From Amoebidium appalachense (lineage: Eukaryota > Protista > Ichthyosporea): a DNA stretch of 64,000 nt. A program made the position numbers and the translations under genes. Below, one piece after another: positions 1 through 15,530 of the stretch (positions are counted from its first letter, which is position 1; every line of letters starts with the position of its first letter). Below the pieces are notes generated by a model. That model had not been told where the DNA came from and did no database searches. It saw nothing but the letters and a program-made list of their open reading frames with translations. The DNA is taken from NCBI GenBank assembly GCA_963693365.1, contig CAVNZM010000014.1:4216001-4280000 (forward strand), in the 5' to 3' direction.

Positions 1-36
1 TGTGTGTGCGCCAGCGCACGCGCGCCCGCACGCGAC

Positions 37-128
<92 letters not shown>

Positions 129-514
129 CGTGCGTGCGTGTGTGTGTTGTGTTTGCATTTACGTGTGTGTGTGTGTGTTGTGTGTGCTTGTGTGTGCATG
201 TGTGCATGCGTGTGTCTCACAGTGTGCGTGTATGTCGTTGATCTGTTTGTTCGAGTTCCTATGAAGTATGGGACGGGAAAAATTATACCTGAGGAGGGAT
301 TTCTTCGTATGTGCAAGGTTGTGTCTGTAGTTTCAACCTCAAGTGAGTGTGACTGTGCTTGTGCACCTGTGTAACACGTATGAGCTGTGTGCATGTGTGT
401 GTGTCGTGTGTGTGTGTGTGTGTAGTGTGTGTTTTTGTGTGTGTGTGTGTGTGCGTGTGCACGTGCTCATGTGTTCATGTTCGTGTGTGTGTTTACTTGT
501 TTGTGTTGGGTGGG

Positions 515-547
<33 letters not shown>

Positions 548-639
548 TACGCACGCGCATGGCCCGCCCGCATGTGTGTGCGTGTGCTTGCGTGTGCACG
601 TGCTTGTGTGTGTTCTTGCATGTGTGGGTAGGTGGGTAG

Positions 640-690
<51 letters not shown>

Positions 691-805
691 CGCGCGTGTG
701 TGTACGTGAGTGCGTGTGTGCATGTGTGCTTGTGTGTAGTGTGTGTTTGTGTGCGTACACATTTGTATGGGTGCGCGTCTGCACGTGTCCGTGTCTGCTT
801 GTGTG
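1..805. repeat. (TG)n/(TGCG)n microsatellite-rich region, probably intronic
   Basis: Long pure and interrupted TG runs; all ORFs here are CV/HT dipeptide artefacts. Confidence 0.9.
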
Positions 806-1378
806 AGTGTGTGCGGGGAAAGGGGGAGGGGGGGGGGTGGGGAGGGGAAGGGGGGAGGAGGGGGAGGAGGGTGATATAGACCGTGCGAGTGTTTTTTTTT
901 TTTTTTGCCTGTGTTATAGAACACAGCTCACTCAACGACTATGGCGGGAGGTCTCACTGGCATGCATGGAACGTGCCCTGCATGACAATACCAAGAAATG
1001 GACATCCCATATATGGTAATACCCAATTAGCACGCTCAATTATTGTCGGCTTTGTTCGGCCGTGAGCCTAACAATATCTGCGTTGAGTCCGTTATTGGTG
1101 GTGGGTGTGCATGTGGGTGTGAGCCCTGGGCCTCCAGTGTTTGTCCCTATGCACGTCTGCTCATATGCACACTCTTTTTTCTTTCTTTCCTCTGTGTGCG
1201 TGTGTGTGTTTGTGTGAGTGTTTGCCTGCACCCGTACCTAGGTGTGTTTGTGTCCGTGTGTGTGTTTTTTGTATGTATGTGCTTGTGTATGTGCGTGCAT
1301 TTTGCACCTTTCACTGTGTCTGTGGAGTTGGCATTAGTGGGGCCATGGCCCATGCTGTGCTGACACACTGTGGGGCAG

Positions 1379-2783
1379 GGCGCACGGTGGCTGTGAGCTG
1401 CAGCGACAGCAGTGTGCAGGAGGTAGGCATTGGGTGGTGCTGGCTAGGAGGTAGGCATTGGTTGGTGACTGCTGACTGGCAGATAGGCATTGGTTGGTGC
1501 CGGTAGAAGGTAGGCATTAGTTGGCGCTGATAGGAGGTAGGCATTGGGTGGTGCTGATAGGAGGTAGGCATTGGTTGGTGCTGATAGGAGGTAGGCATTT
1601 TTGGTGCTGATAGGAGGTAGGCATTGGTTGGTGCTGGCTAGGAGGTAGGCATTGGTTGGTGCTGATAGGAGGTAGGCATTGGTTGGTGCTGATAGGAGGT
1701 AGGCATTGGTTGGTGCTGATAGGAGGTAGGCATTGGTTGGTGCTGATAGGAGGTAGGCATTTGGTTGGTGCTGACTGGGGGCAGGCTCTGGACAGGACGG
1801 TGGATCTGCTGCAGGGCATGAAGGCGGCCTGTGAGGCCATGGGGGTAGGTGCCTGGGCCGTCTGGTTCTCTCACACTCTCTCTCTCTCTTTTTTTTTTTT
1901 TTTTTTTTTTTTTTGTTTTTTTTTTGTTTTTGTTTTTTTTTTTTTGTGGGGGGGGGGGGGGGGGGGGGAGGTTGCAGTGCAAGTACAGGGCTGGCAGCCG
2001 GTTGATACGGTTGGTTGAAAGGGATGCAGACAGCCAGTGTGCCACATAAAGGGACTGGGGGGATGGTGGATGATAACGCTGCAGGCCCAATGAGAAATCA
2101 AGTGTGGTGTGGCCTTGCCGTGGTGGTGGGCACGGTGTGCTGCTCCTGCCTGTGTCTTTTAGGGTTTGGTGTCTTGTAGCTGGGCCTTGCTTGTGCCCTG
2201 TTGGCCCACTTTTCTTGGCAGGGTTGTGGCCACATGTCGGGTCTATGGCACGTGCACCTGCCCCCCCATGGCTGCACGTGGCTGGGTGCTGACTGGGGGG
2301 GCAGGTGGAGGCGGACGTTGCGGTGGAGAGCGGCGATGCTAGGGGGTTCATCCCCCTATACTGCGAGCGCCTGCAGGCCAGCTGTCTGGTCATCGGCAGC
2401 AGGGGCCTAGGCGGCCTGCGCAGGTGTGTGTGTGTGTGTTGCTGCTTGCTTGCGGGTGCTTGGTTTTGGCTTGCTTTTTGCGGGAGGAGGGGGAGGGGGG
2501 GAGTTGCTTGTCACAGTGGAGAAGGTGGGATTGTGATGCAAGGATGGATGTGTGGTAGTTGCTGGGCACGATGGGGCTGACAAGAGGGTGGCCGTGTGGT
2601 GGCCACTGAGAGCTTATGGCCCAGGTGGTGTTCTAGGCCGCATGGATGGAGGGCATTGTAGGCGCCATGGTCTTCCAAATTACCACCTAGGATATGGTTT
2701 GCTCCAAGGCATGGTCAGTGGTGTGTTGTTTGTGACACATGCCTTATGGACCCTGTGTGTGTGTGTGTGTGTGTTGTGTGTGT

Positions 2784-2847
<64 letters not shown>

Positions 2848-2866
2848 CACGGTGTGTGTGTGCCAC

Positions 2867-2960
<94 letters not shown>

Positions 2961-3145
2961 GCGGGGCGGGTGGGGGGATGGGGTGGGGGGGGGGGGTCCG
3001 GGGGGGCTTTTTTGTTCCGAGGCCAGGGGGATGACAGAGTGCCTGAGTGTCGGATGGGTGCAGGCTGATTCTGGGCAGTGTGTCGGACTACTGTGTGCAC
3101 AACTGCAAGTGCCCCGTCATTGTCGTGCGCCCAGACCAGCTGTAG
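1379..3145 (+). CDS. Universal stress protein A-like (USP) gene, last four exons 1379-1422, 1785-1844, 2305-2423, 3064-3145; 5' exons not located
   Basis: AG/GT-bounded, phase-compatible exons splice to ..GRTVAVSCSDSSVQE-ALDRTVDLLQGMKAACEAMG-VEADVAVESGDARGFIPLYCERLQASCLVIGSRGLGGLRR-LILGSVSDYCVHNCKCPVIVVRPDQL*, which carries the USP signature GSRGLG..LGSVSDYCV..CPVIVV. Confidence 0.9.
1423..1776 (+). repeat. 27-bp minisatellite (GTAGGCATTGGTTGGTGCTGATAGGAG) filling a USP intron, about 12 units
   Basis: Direct tandem units visible; antisense ORF repeats the 9-aa unit CLPPISTNQ. Confidence 0.9.
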
Positions 3146-4998
3146 CCTGCAGCATCGTGGCTGTGTGGGTGCCCATGTAGTGGGGGGCATGCGGGGTGGG
3201 ATACTTTGGGCGATGACACCTTCAACAGAAACTCAGCTCCTCCCATCCTCCCCCCTCCCCCCTCCTCCCCCCGCCCTTCTCGCTCTTACTTCCCCCCCCC
3301 CCCCCCCCCACCACCACCACCACCAACACCCCCTGCTCTTTCTCTGACCCTCCCCCCCCCCCCCCCCTCCCCTCGGAGTTTCGTTTTAACCTGTTCTCTT
3401 AGCCTTTTTTTCTTATTTAGGACTCCTATATGTTCATATATCGTGTTTTTATTGTGGGCGGGTGAAGCACGTTGTTGCTGTGCAGATGGCAGCAAGCACG
3501 CCTATGGATCCACCGTGACTTATGGCCCTTGCATTGGGCAAACACTCAACTGTATACCCAGGCGTGTTTGCACTCGGATGATATTGTATGGCCTGGGCCC
3601 TAGTTTGGCCCTGAGCATATGCCCGAGTGTGGCACCACTATTCATAGATTATTATGATGTATGGCCTTATGGTTATGTCGGCCAAGATGTGGTGTACACA
3701 GGTACTTGCATGTAACCGTATTGTATGTAGCTAGTTAGTGGTCGAATAGTTTTTCCATGAAAATAGTTTATACACATATACTGTTTTGGAAACAACGAAA
3801 AGAGTGGGAATATTCTACGGCGACTCTATAGCTACCCTTATGGTTTTCTGTAAAGAGGCTGACAGTGTGTGGCTTGCCTAAATATTCCCAACTTCGACTT
3901 CCTGATTGACTTTGGAATCGAGGCTTGGAAAAGCCCGAACATATTGTCTTGAAAACGTTTGGTGCAGAAGACATACACACAACAAATGCATCGTTGCGCA
4001 AATACTGCACATGATGCATAGTAACTGCACGTTACTCAGCCCCCCCCCCCCCCCCCCCCCCCCCCTGGCCCTGGGTCCTTCCAGATCTCAGTCCCGTGAC
4101 AATTTTCCTAGTCCCCTTATCTCTTCCTCACCCCTCCCCTCCATCTCCCCCCCCCCCCCCCCCCCTCCCCTCCCTCCCCTGAGGCCCCCCCATCCACCCC
4201 CACCCACCCATTAACCTAAAGTGCTATTAGACAGAAATTTTCGCGCACAAAACCGTAGCAAAATGCAATCACCCAGTCCGGTGCAAAGCGCAAAGTGTTT
4301 CTGCACCGCATGCGGCCGTTCGTTGCACTGACCACGACATTGCCAGGGACCTACAAAGATGCCTGCACGACTGCAGGAAACTTTGGCTGCTGCAAAGTGA
4401 GTGCACAAAGCAACGCCCTAGTCGTGCCACCCACGGTGCGGCTAGATGCATGTTGAGGTGGTGCCGAGTCCACCCTGCCAACCGTGCGACCCTACCTGAA
4501 ACAAGACAGACAGAACCCACAAATACATAGTTAACCTGTTCGTACTGGCAATTTTCCTGAGATCGAGATCGAGGTATCAGGATCAGACATGACCGAGTTT
4601 GTGCTCTAATGTGAGCATGAAGTTGATAACAACTAGCCAAAGAAAAGCTGCATGATAGTAAAATATAAATTTATGCTTCTTTTTATGCAAAAAAAAAAAT
4701 TGAGCTTTATAATTCTGGCAACTTACATTGTATATATGTAACTACGAAGGGTGCTTGCCGGCTTGACGATTCAATGACGACATCCAAATGCTGGCAATGC
4801 AAGCTTCTGATTGGACAATTGTGAAAATGGCGGGATGTGATTGGCCGGCTCAGTCGACATTCAATAGGAGTTCCAAAATTTTCTCAAAATCTCGAAGGGA
4901 ATTCAGAAACAGATATACTATAAGTATATGAAAAAATAAATTTTTAACAAACCATATTAGAAACATATGTAGGTAAGACATATACCTGTCGGCACATA

Positions 4999-6257
4999 GG
5001 TCGCGTTCGCACTGGGCAGATATGATAGGCCAGGGATATTTGCAAGATTCCTGGGATAGGTCGAAATCGGTACCCCAGTGTTCACACTGGACACGCAAAT
5101 ATGCCAGGTCCACTGGGTCGGGATGTCATAAGTCAGCGCTGCGCACTGAGCCGCGCCGGCGGCGGCGCTAAGAGCAAAAAGCTCAAAAAAACTTCTTTGC
5201 GTCGTCTTTACAACACAAAACTTTTTGACTTGTGCAAAATACATTCTTTACAGCGGTTTAATTGATAATAAATATGTTTTTTCTGAAATTTTTATATATG
5301 TTTTTATAAAGTAAGACTTCTTAAGCCAACGTCGTCTTTACCAGCCCCAGCAGGGGGATACATGAGCCGGTGCCTGTGGATCAATCTCACAAGCAGGCAC
5401 AGGTGTGCTCCACAGGAGCAATGAAAAGAATGACAAATGTCATACAGAAACATGCTCCAAAAACGTAGCCTAGTGCCTAAATAAGCAAAGGGCGTGGTGG
5501 GTGGGCAAAAACTTAGCTAAAAAATTGGGTCTAAAGAGACCTAAACGCGATCAGTAGCGCCGCAACTGACCTCCCTGGGGCCGCGCAAGCTCATTATATA
5601 GCGCGGCCCACATTTTTGCCTATGGAAATATGAAATGACTTAGAACCTATCAAATCCATGAAATCTACCAAAATGGAATCTTTGCTGCACATCAACCAAT
5701 GAAAAATTTTCACAAGTGGCTAAAACCCCTAGATCACAAAGACCAAATCAATTGCCGCCCATTTCGGACTAGATATAACTCAAACTCATCAATATATTCA
5801 TATGGCATATCCCACAGAACATAAAAACAGCTACAGCTCCCTAAATAAAAATGCTAGCAGCCTGAAACTTTGCACACACATCAAACACACCAAGGCCTAC
5901 AACATGCTACTACTACGAATTTTACAGCACACTCGCAACACACAATTTCGCTCCAACGGGGCTATCTAATTTTCCTGCAAAGAAAACACGTTTACAAACT
6001 AAATATTACTTTGTGCCAGCGCGGCACATATCCCACTTGCATATAAAATAGACCTACCCTTAACTTGAATCCCCCGGCTAATTATAATCCCAACTGGCAT
6101 ATCTTAATTACCCAAAAAAGGAAATTCGCCCTATCATATCCTGCCAGTGTGAACAGCGATTTGGGGTATTGGAAATATCCTGATTGGATATTTGTTACCA
6201 TTTCTTATGGCAAGTGGCATATCATATCCCGCCAGTGCCACCAGTGTGAACGCGGCC
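4999..6257. mobile_element. PIF/Harbinger-like MITE
   Basis: TIR GGTCGCGTTCGCACTGG / CCAGTGTGAACGCGGCC, 3-bp ATA on both sides, internal inverted subterminal motifs CACTGGGCAGATATGATAGG / CCTATCATATCCTGCCAGTG. Confidence 0.65.
5318..6005 (-). mobile_element. Solo A-spacer-B2 terminal unit of YR retrotransposon family 1
   Basis: Near-identical to 22022-22710 and 50757-51447, with the same precise ends (..TAAGAA and TATTTAG..). Confidence 0.9.
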
Positions 6258-9068
6258 ATAGTATCCCAAATTAGAGCCTTTTTTTGTTTATAGATCATAA
6301 GACAAAAGAGTTGGCTAGAGCTGGTTGACGCCGCTAAAATAATTAGTGCCGGCCCGAAGAGGTTAACCAGGTGTCCTTGTTGGTCCTGTCCTGACCTCCA
6401 TTAGGTTCCTGTCCGACTGATGTCACAACTGAGAGGCCCAGATGAAATTATTTATAATTTGGCGCTGAAGGTTCGTTATGTAATGCTGGCAGGTTTTGTA
6501 ACTGGTGACGTCACACTCTAATTGCTGGAGCGATTAGGCCACTCGAATTTTCAACTCGGCTTTTTATTGGAACCTGGGAGTGGGTTAGATCCAGCTAACT
6601 CCACTCCCGGCGGCTCAGAGTGGATTAAACAGCGATTGAACTGGTTAATTCACTCCGATTAGGTTTTTTACACTACCTGCTCTGGCGATTGGGCAAAAGA
6701 CGCCCGAGAAATAAGAAATGAGAGGATGAATCTGAAGGGCGGCGGCCTTTATATACCTTCAGGTTTATCATCAAGCCAATCAGACGCTTTCTACTTATAA
6801 GCTGCCAGTTTCCATATATAAAGGAGTCAGGTGGCACAGTTTTTGTCAAACACCATGCAAACATAATCATGTTTTTTTAAAATAATATAAATAGATAATA
6901 CTATAGTAGTACCATCGAAAAAAAATTAGTTATGCATAGTTACATCAGTGTGTTTGTTGTGTTCTTGTTTCTGACATCATATAATCATTATTGAATGTGG
7001 CACGTGTTTCAAATGTTTCATCGATTGGTCGAAATTTATTCACAAATCCGACGCATTTCTGTGAAGGCGGAAGCCCACCCCAGCCAGCCAGCCCGGGAGC
7101 CGGGCCGAGATGTATGCTTATGACAGATCTGCTAATGATATGAACTAGTGGTGGTAGGCGCACATAAATAACAACAACAAAAGCAAAAATAAATAATATA
7201 AATAATAATAAGATAGGTATAATAATGAGATGGTGCAAAAGAAATATAAGGATATTACTATTGTTAACAAAACTACAGAATGGAAAACTTTTCGTGGCCA
7301 GGCCTCATTACACAACTCGAAGTCGTTCTCACCAAAAGTTACCACTGCCCGTTCTCTCAATCTATGAACACTCGGCCGCGGCCTCGTGATCCTATCTTGC
7401 AGACCTCGCAGTTCTAAACTTGGTGTTCACGGCGCCTCAGGTGACACCAGATTTTTCTTTATTTGATTGGCTAAGCCTTGCTGTCAGCCGTGAAAAAAAC
7501 TCATCGTGAGCCATGCGAAAACCCTGAGCCACCGAGTGTTTTTGCACTGCCCAAGAGAAGGGGATGCGGCACGGTGACCACCGCCGAAAGTAAGCAAAAA
7601 AGAGAATAAAATGACGACGTGACTGGCAGGTGTGCTTTATATACCTTTGCCAGCTTGTGGGAATCTGAAGACTGATTGCAAGCTAAGCTTGCGATTATCA
7701 TCCAATTGAATCAGGATCGACACCAAGCTTCAAGTTGGGCCGTTCGGGATTTTCCCTATGCAGCTGGATTATGGTTGGTGAACAAGTTCCCTCTGTGCAT
7801 ACCTTTCCCAAGCCTTGTAACCGGAATGCACTCCAGGCTATGTCCCATGCACTTACTGAATAAAACGTTACTTTCACGTGTCTAAAAAAAAATTGTGACG
7901 TTGCAAAACCGCGCCCTTCAGAACTTGTCGCGTACGCCTCATCTTGTTCGAGTCACTCAGGAACGGTTAGACACTCGCCTATCTGCTCGTGTCACGGTTC
8001 GAACCGCTCCCTCGTGCCTTGACTTCGATTTCGGCTGGCGACTCATACTGAAACGCCCAATTGTTGGCCGTCACGACAACAATAGTTTTATCATGTTGAT
8101 AGCTGATAGAAGCTGCCGGGCTTACAGCCTTATGGAGTTGGACGGAGTTCTGAAGTTTCTGGGGCTCACTGCTATAGAATTGGAAAAAGGTTGACCGCCA
8201 ACCATCCGAGGCTTAAGCAGCTACTAGTAGTTAGCGAGAAAAGAGTTGGAGAAGATGCACCGTGACGTGCAGTGTTGCACAAAGTTTTGCATGGAGTCAT
8301 TGGTTGCAACCAAACGCGAGTTAGAAGAACCTGTACACACTAGCTGCCGGAGTGTAGACATGTTAGTGTTAACCAAGACTTAGAGAATGAATACTAGTAC
8401 CGAACAGGTTTAACCTGAAGAAAGAGAGGGATCACCAGGGCGGTCCCCACCCATTTGTTTGATGGTGCAGTTCCTCTCGTAACACAACCGGGGAATAAAG
8501 TGAGACTAGGCGCAGACAAGAACGCCTTCAACTTGAAAGTTTCAGCGGCTAAAAGCCATGAGACACGCCTATATAGCGCACAAAGTGTGAATGAGCAGAG
8601 AGCTGCTGAAGTTGGCAGAATCCGCTTTGCAGATGGCAATCCCCTCCCCTTTCAGGTGCTGGTCTATGGCTTGCGTTCCAGTGCCCTGGCATGTTTGCCC
8701 ATGGAAAGACTTGGTGTGGGAAGTACAGGGGCGGCCCCTCCCCTACCCCTCTCCCTCCCACCACCTTTCCCCTCACTCCCTTTCTTCCGCTTCCCCCCCC
8801 CCCCCCTCCCCTTGATTGCTGTATCTTAGTTCCTTTTTTCCTTGGGCCTTGCATATCAACGTTGCCGCATATGAACTAACTGCCTAAACAGACCCTCCTC
8901 CCGTCGACCCTTCCTTCCTCTCTTCCTCCCCGACTCCCCCCTTTTTTCCACTGCAACAACCCTAGTACCCCCTTCCCGCCTCCCGCCCCTTTCTCCCCCT
9001 GCCATCCCTTTAGTAGTCTTCCCTGCAGTCCCTCTTCTCCCTCTTCACTCTATACCCCGTATGACCCT

Positions 9069-9119
<51 letters not shown>

Positions 9120-10204
9120 AAGTAATAAGTTACAATCATTCTGAAAATAAGGGAAAGGTGGCTGTAACGGTTCGAACTTAGTGCACAAACAAACAGAACA
9201 TGTTCACCGTGATAACTCCTCACCAGCAGCCCTTCCCCCCCCCCCCCCCCCCCCTCTTCCCCCCCAGGGTTTTCCCCCATCCCCCATTTCCCTTATGTCC
9301 ACGCCACTTCTCATAATGGATACACCATTATGCTGCATGATTACACAGGTGTGTTCACTTGGGAGTTTGTGCATAGGAACTATTTAGGGGCTACCAGCGG
9401 GCGTTCCGACTGCGCCAGAGATTTGGCCATCTCATAAGTAGAAGATACCTCATCTAATGCGAAACACTGGCCAGTGGTTTAAGGAGACTTGGGAAATGGA
9501 TTTTCGCTTAAAGTTGGGGGTGCACATCAGATCGAGATCGTCGACGACCAAATTCCATAACTTAGTTGACCCAGTCGGTCAATTGAGGCCGGGAGGTCTG
9601 AAAATTCAACTTTCAACATAAACCGCATGTCATTTATGAGAGAGTGAACGCAGAACCGGTTGAGAAAATGAAATTTTGATTATAAAGTGGGGGTTGGTTA
9701 GTTAGAATATATGCATGTCTACCGGTGAAAAAATCTGGTTCAAGCTGCCCATTTTCGCTTAGCGTGAGCAAATATGGAGCGGGTAGAACTTCGGCGATTT
9801 TTCCAAGGGCTGACGGTCAACATCAATATCCATTATGTAATTACCCCCCACTTTATCAGTAGGATTTTTTTTCAGGGCAAGTTTCTACGTTCGTTCTCTC
9901 TGAATGTATCTTGGAAAATGTGACAAAATAAAACTTGAAGTCAAGAGCCCCGAAAATATTAAGTTCCACTGGCCCACAGACTGGCATTTAATCGATCTGA
10001 TGAATTGGATCCCCTGACCGCGGCGTCGGCAAACCTATATTACGTCACGTTAACAAGGGGCCTGCTATGATTGCAGGTTCTCTTTATGCAGACATTTACT
10101 AATAAACATCTATCTGCAGGCAGCTGGAACAAAACAGGGACAAAAAGTGTCCTTGAATTGTGTAGGAGCTGTTGTCGATGTCCGCAATCCGTCCGTCCCC
10201 CCCC

Positions 10205-10240
<36 letters not shown>

Positions 10241-10560
10241 CACGGTTTCCATCCTCCCCCCCCCCCCCCCCCCTTTCCTTCCATTTCCGATAGATCTAGA
10301 GCACCATATTATCATGTTTGCACATGTCATAGGAACGCCACGGCACACTGCGCATGCACCCACACCTACACTACACTACACCCACACCCACACCCGGCAC
10401 ACCCACACCCACACCCATACCCATCCACCACCCCAACCACCCAACCACCCACCGACTCACCCACCCACCCCCGCCCCGTGGCTCACCCGCCCACCCACAC
10501 ACGCGCGCGCACACACACACCGTGACACACACACTCAAACACACAACCACACACACCGTG

Positions 10561-10656
<96 letters not shown>

Positions 10657-11071
10657 TTTACACACACACACACACAGCGCCGGCTGGGCCACAGTCTCAA
10701 GATCCTTTGCAAGATCACTGGCTTAAGTACCAGAGTCTCTCACTTTCCGCAAAATTGCCTCATGATACTTTGGCTCTGCAGACTCCTTTCCTCCGCCCTC
10801 CGGACCTCTGAGTCTAAAGCCCCATGTTTTCATGTGTGTACCTAGCTTTTACTAACACCAGGCACCGCACTGCTCGCACACGCACACCCATCCACCTACT
10901 CACCCACCCACCCACACACACACACACGTACCGACAATGTATGCATAAACAACTTGAAACACACACACACACCAACAGTGGCACCACACACACACTACCG
11001 TAGCACACACACGCACACACACACACACACGGTTGGCACACACACACAGTGGCACGCGTGCGCGCTCGCGA

Positions 11072-11133
<62 letters not shown>

Positions 11134-11325
11134 GCACGCACGCACACACACACACACACACACGCACACACGCACACACAATGGCAAAAAGACACAGCGC
11201 CTGAAGCTCCCTCCCACACAACAGACGGTGGGAGAGGCCGCGTTCTCGACCCGGGCCGGCAGCTGCTCCACAACTTTGAATTGTAGACCGTGGCGGTACA
11301 CAGAACCGACATTGAAAAGCGATGG

Positions 11326-13380
<2,055 letters not shown>

Positions 13381-15072
13381 TAAAATGTAGTGCAGGCGAT
13401 AAAAGAAATGACATCATGATGTTGCTTTTTTTCAATTTATTAAGTTATTTTTCAGCCAGAACCAACTTGATACGGCTATATACTCAGCACAACGCAAAGC
13501 CGCAAACTTTTGTGTATAAAAAAGGTAATGCGCACCCCCTTCATAATAGCAAAAGTTTGAAAATTTGGATTTCACATCATGAGTATTGTCCAATCAAATG
13601 GTTTATCTCACATCTTCAAAGTTTAGCCTCCCCTCCAGCTGCAGCTGTGTCTACGCCGCCGATTAGATTGAAAGAATGTCCCAAAAGGCAGCGGCTTAAG
13701 TACAAACCAAACTCTTACTTCGAAGAAAACGATGGTTTTGTTCCGCGCTAAGGAACTCAGTAGCATACAAAAACGTCAGTGTCTCATTGCTGGCATTTTG
13801 AGCTCGCTGAGCCTTGTTAGACTTAAACTACGTAAAAATGGGCCGATATTTATGGAGGAAAGTGGATCCATGCCCATTTCGCTATTTCCAGGCAGCTACA
13901 ATTTATTCACCAACGTGGCTCACGATAAGCATTAAAGCTGTGAAATTTTCAAAAATGGTAGAAGGCAAATATAACCCCTTTTTGTTCTCCTGAAGCCCAA
14001 AATCGACCGACTTTGAGACTAATAAGTGCATCGATAAAAGTGGCCACAGTGGATATAAATGAAACAAAACAAATTTATATGTCTCTTTCTCTGTGCTGAA
14101 AAAAAAAAACGGTGTGTTTCTAAGCATCCGCGCTGTTATGAGCACGTGTTTTGTGCTGGTTTTTTGGCGACCGCGGCGGGGTACCTTTCAATGAAGTTAT
14201 GTTCTTATGCCAACGTCGCCTTTACCAGCCCCAGTACCGGGATACTTGAGGTGGTGCCTGTTGACCCTATGATCTCAGGCACATGTGTGCTCCACAGGAG
14301 CAATTCAAAGCCTTATGAGGCAAAAGTTCAAAGCCTAATGAGGCAAGGGTTCAAAGCATAATGATGCAAGGGTTCAAAGCCTAATGAGGGAAGGGTGGGT
14401 GGGTGGGCAAAAACTTGACTACAGGCAGTAACCTAAAAAGGCCTACCTACTTACAGCGAACAGGCAGCCTAAGGAGGCCTACCTACACTATGCTAATGAG
14501 CACAGTGACTGAGACGCACACAGCAGCCAAAAGGCTCTAAACCAAAGCATCGACATGCAAAACTATTGCGGGCGGGATCACCTCATGATTAAAATCCAAT
14601 CAAAACGTCCACATATGCAGGAACACATTCCTATACATACTTTCACAAATAAAAACCTAAACTGCAAACCGTATAGACCAGCATATGTACATCACCGAAT
14701 TTTCACGACCACTACACCTGCATATTTTGCACACGGACATTGCACACGGAGTCCTGTTACTCTGTCTCCGGTGCTGTCCAATGCTCCTGCAAAGAAAAAA
14801 GGTTTAAAAAAAGAAAAAAGGTTTACAAGCTAATTATTCTTATGCCAACGTCGCCTTTACCAGCCCCAGCACGGGGATACTTGAGGTGGTGCCTGCTGAC
14901 CCAATGATCTCAGGCACATGTGTCCTCCACTCTTGCCTTGCTGGCATGGGCGGGAAGAGACCATGCCGGGGAAAACGGGCGACGCGACATAGCACATGGG
15001 TGCAGGGAGCAAGACCATTGGAAAACAAAAATAAATGAAACATACCCAAGATTCGAAGCTAATAGACGCGCA

Positions 15073-15330
<258 letters not shown>

Positions 15331-15360
15331 GTGTATTTGTGTATGATGTCTGGGTGTTTT

Positions 15361-15499
<139 letters not shown>

Positions 15500-15530
15500 A
15501 CATTAACAGGTGCAAAATGATTAGTTTGTA

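Larger units (their letters stand above)
4535..6362. mobile_element. Non-autonomous piggyBac-like element with TTAA target duplication, carrying nested insertions
   Basis: TTAA at 4531-4534 and 6363-6366; left end CCTGTTCGTACTGGCA vs reverse complement of right end CCTCTTCGGGCCGGCA (12/16 identical); no transposase ORF. Confidence 0.5.

Noticed and set aside
7895-8829. Possible decayed gene fragments
   Set aside because: Short broken frames, no recognisable motif and no consistent splice model.
13416-14145. Short AT-rich ORFs between family 2 copies
   Set aside because: No motif and frequent stops; cannot be supported as coding.
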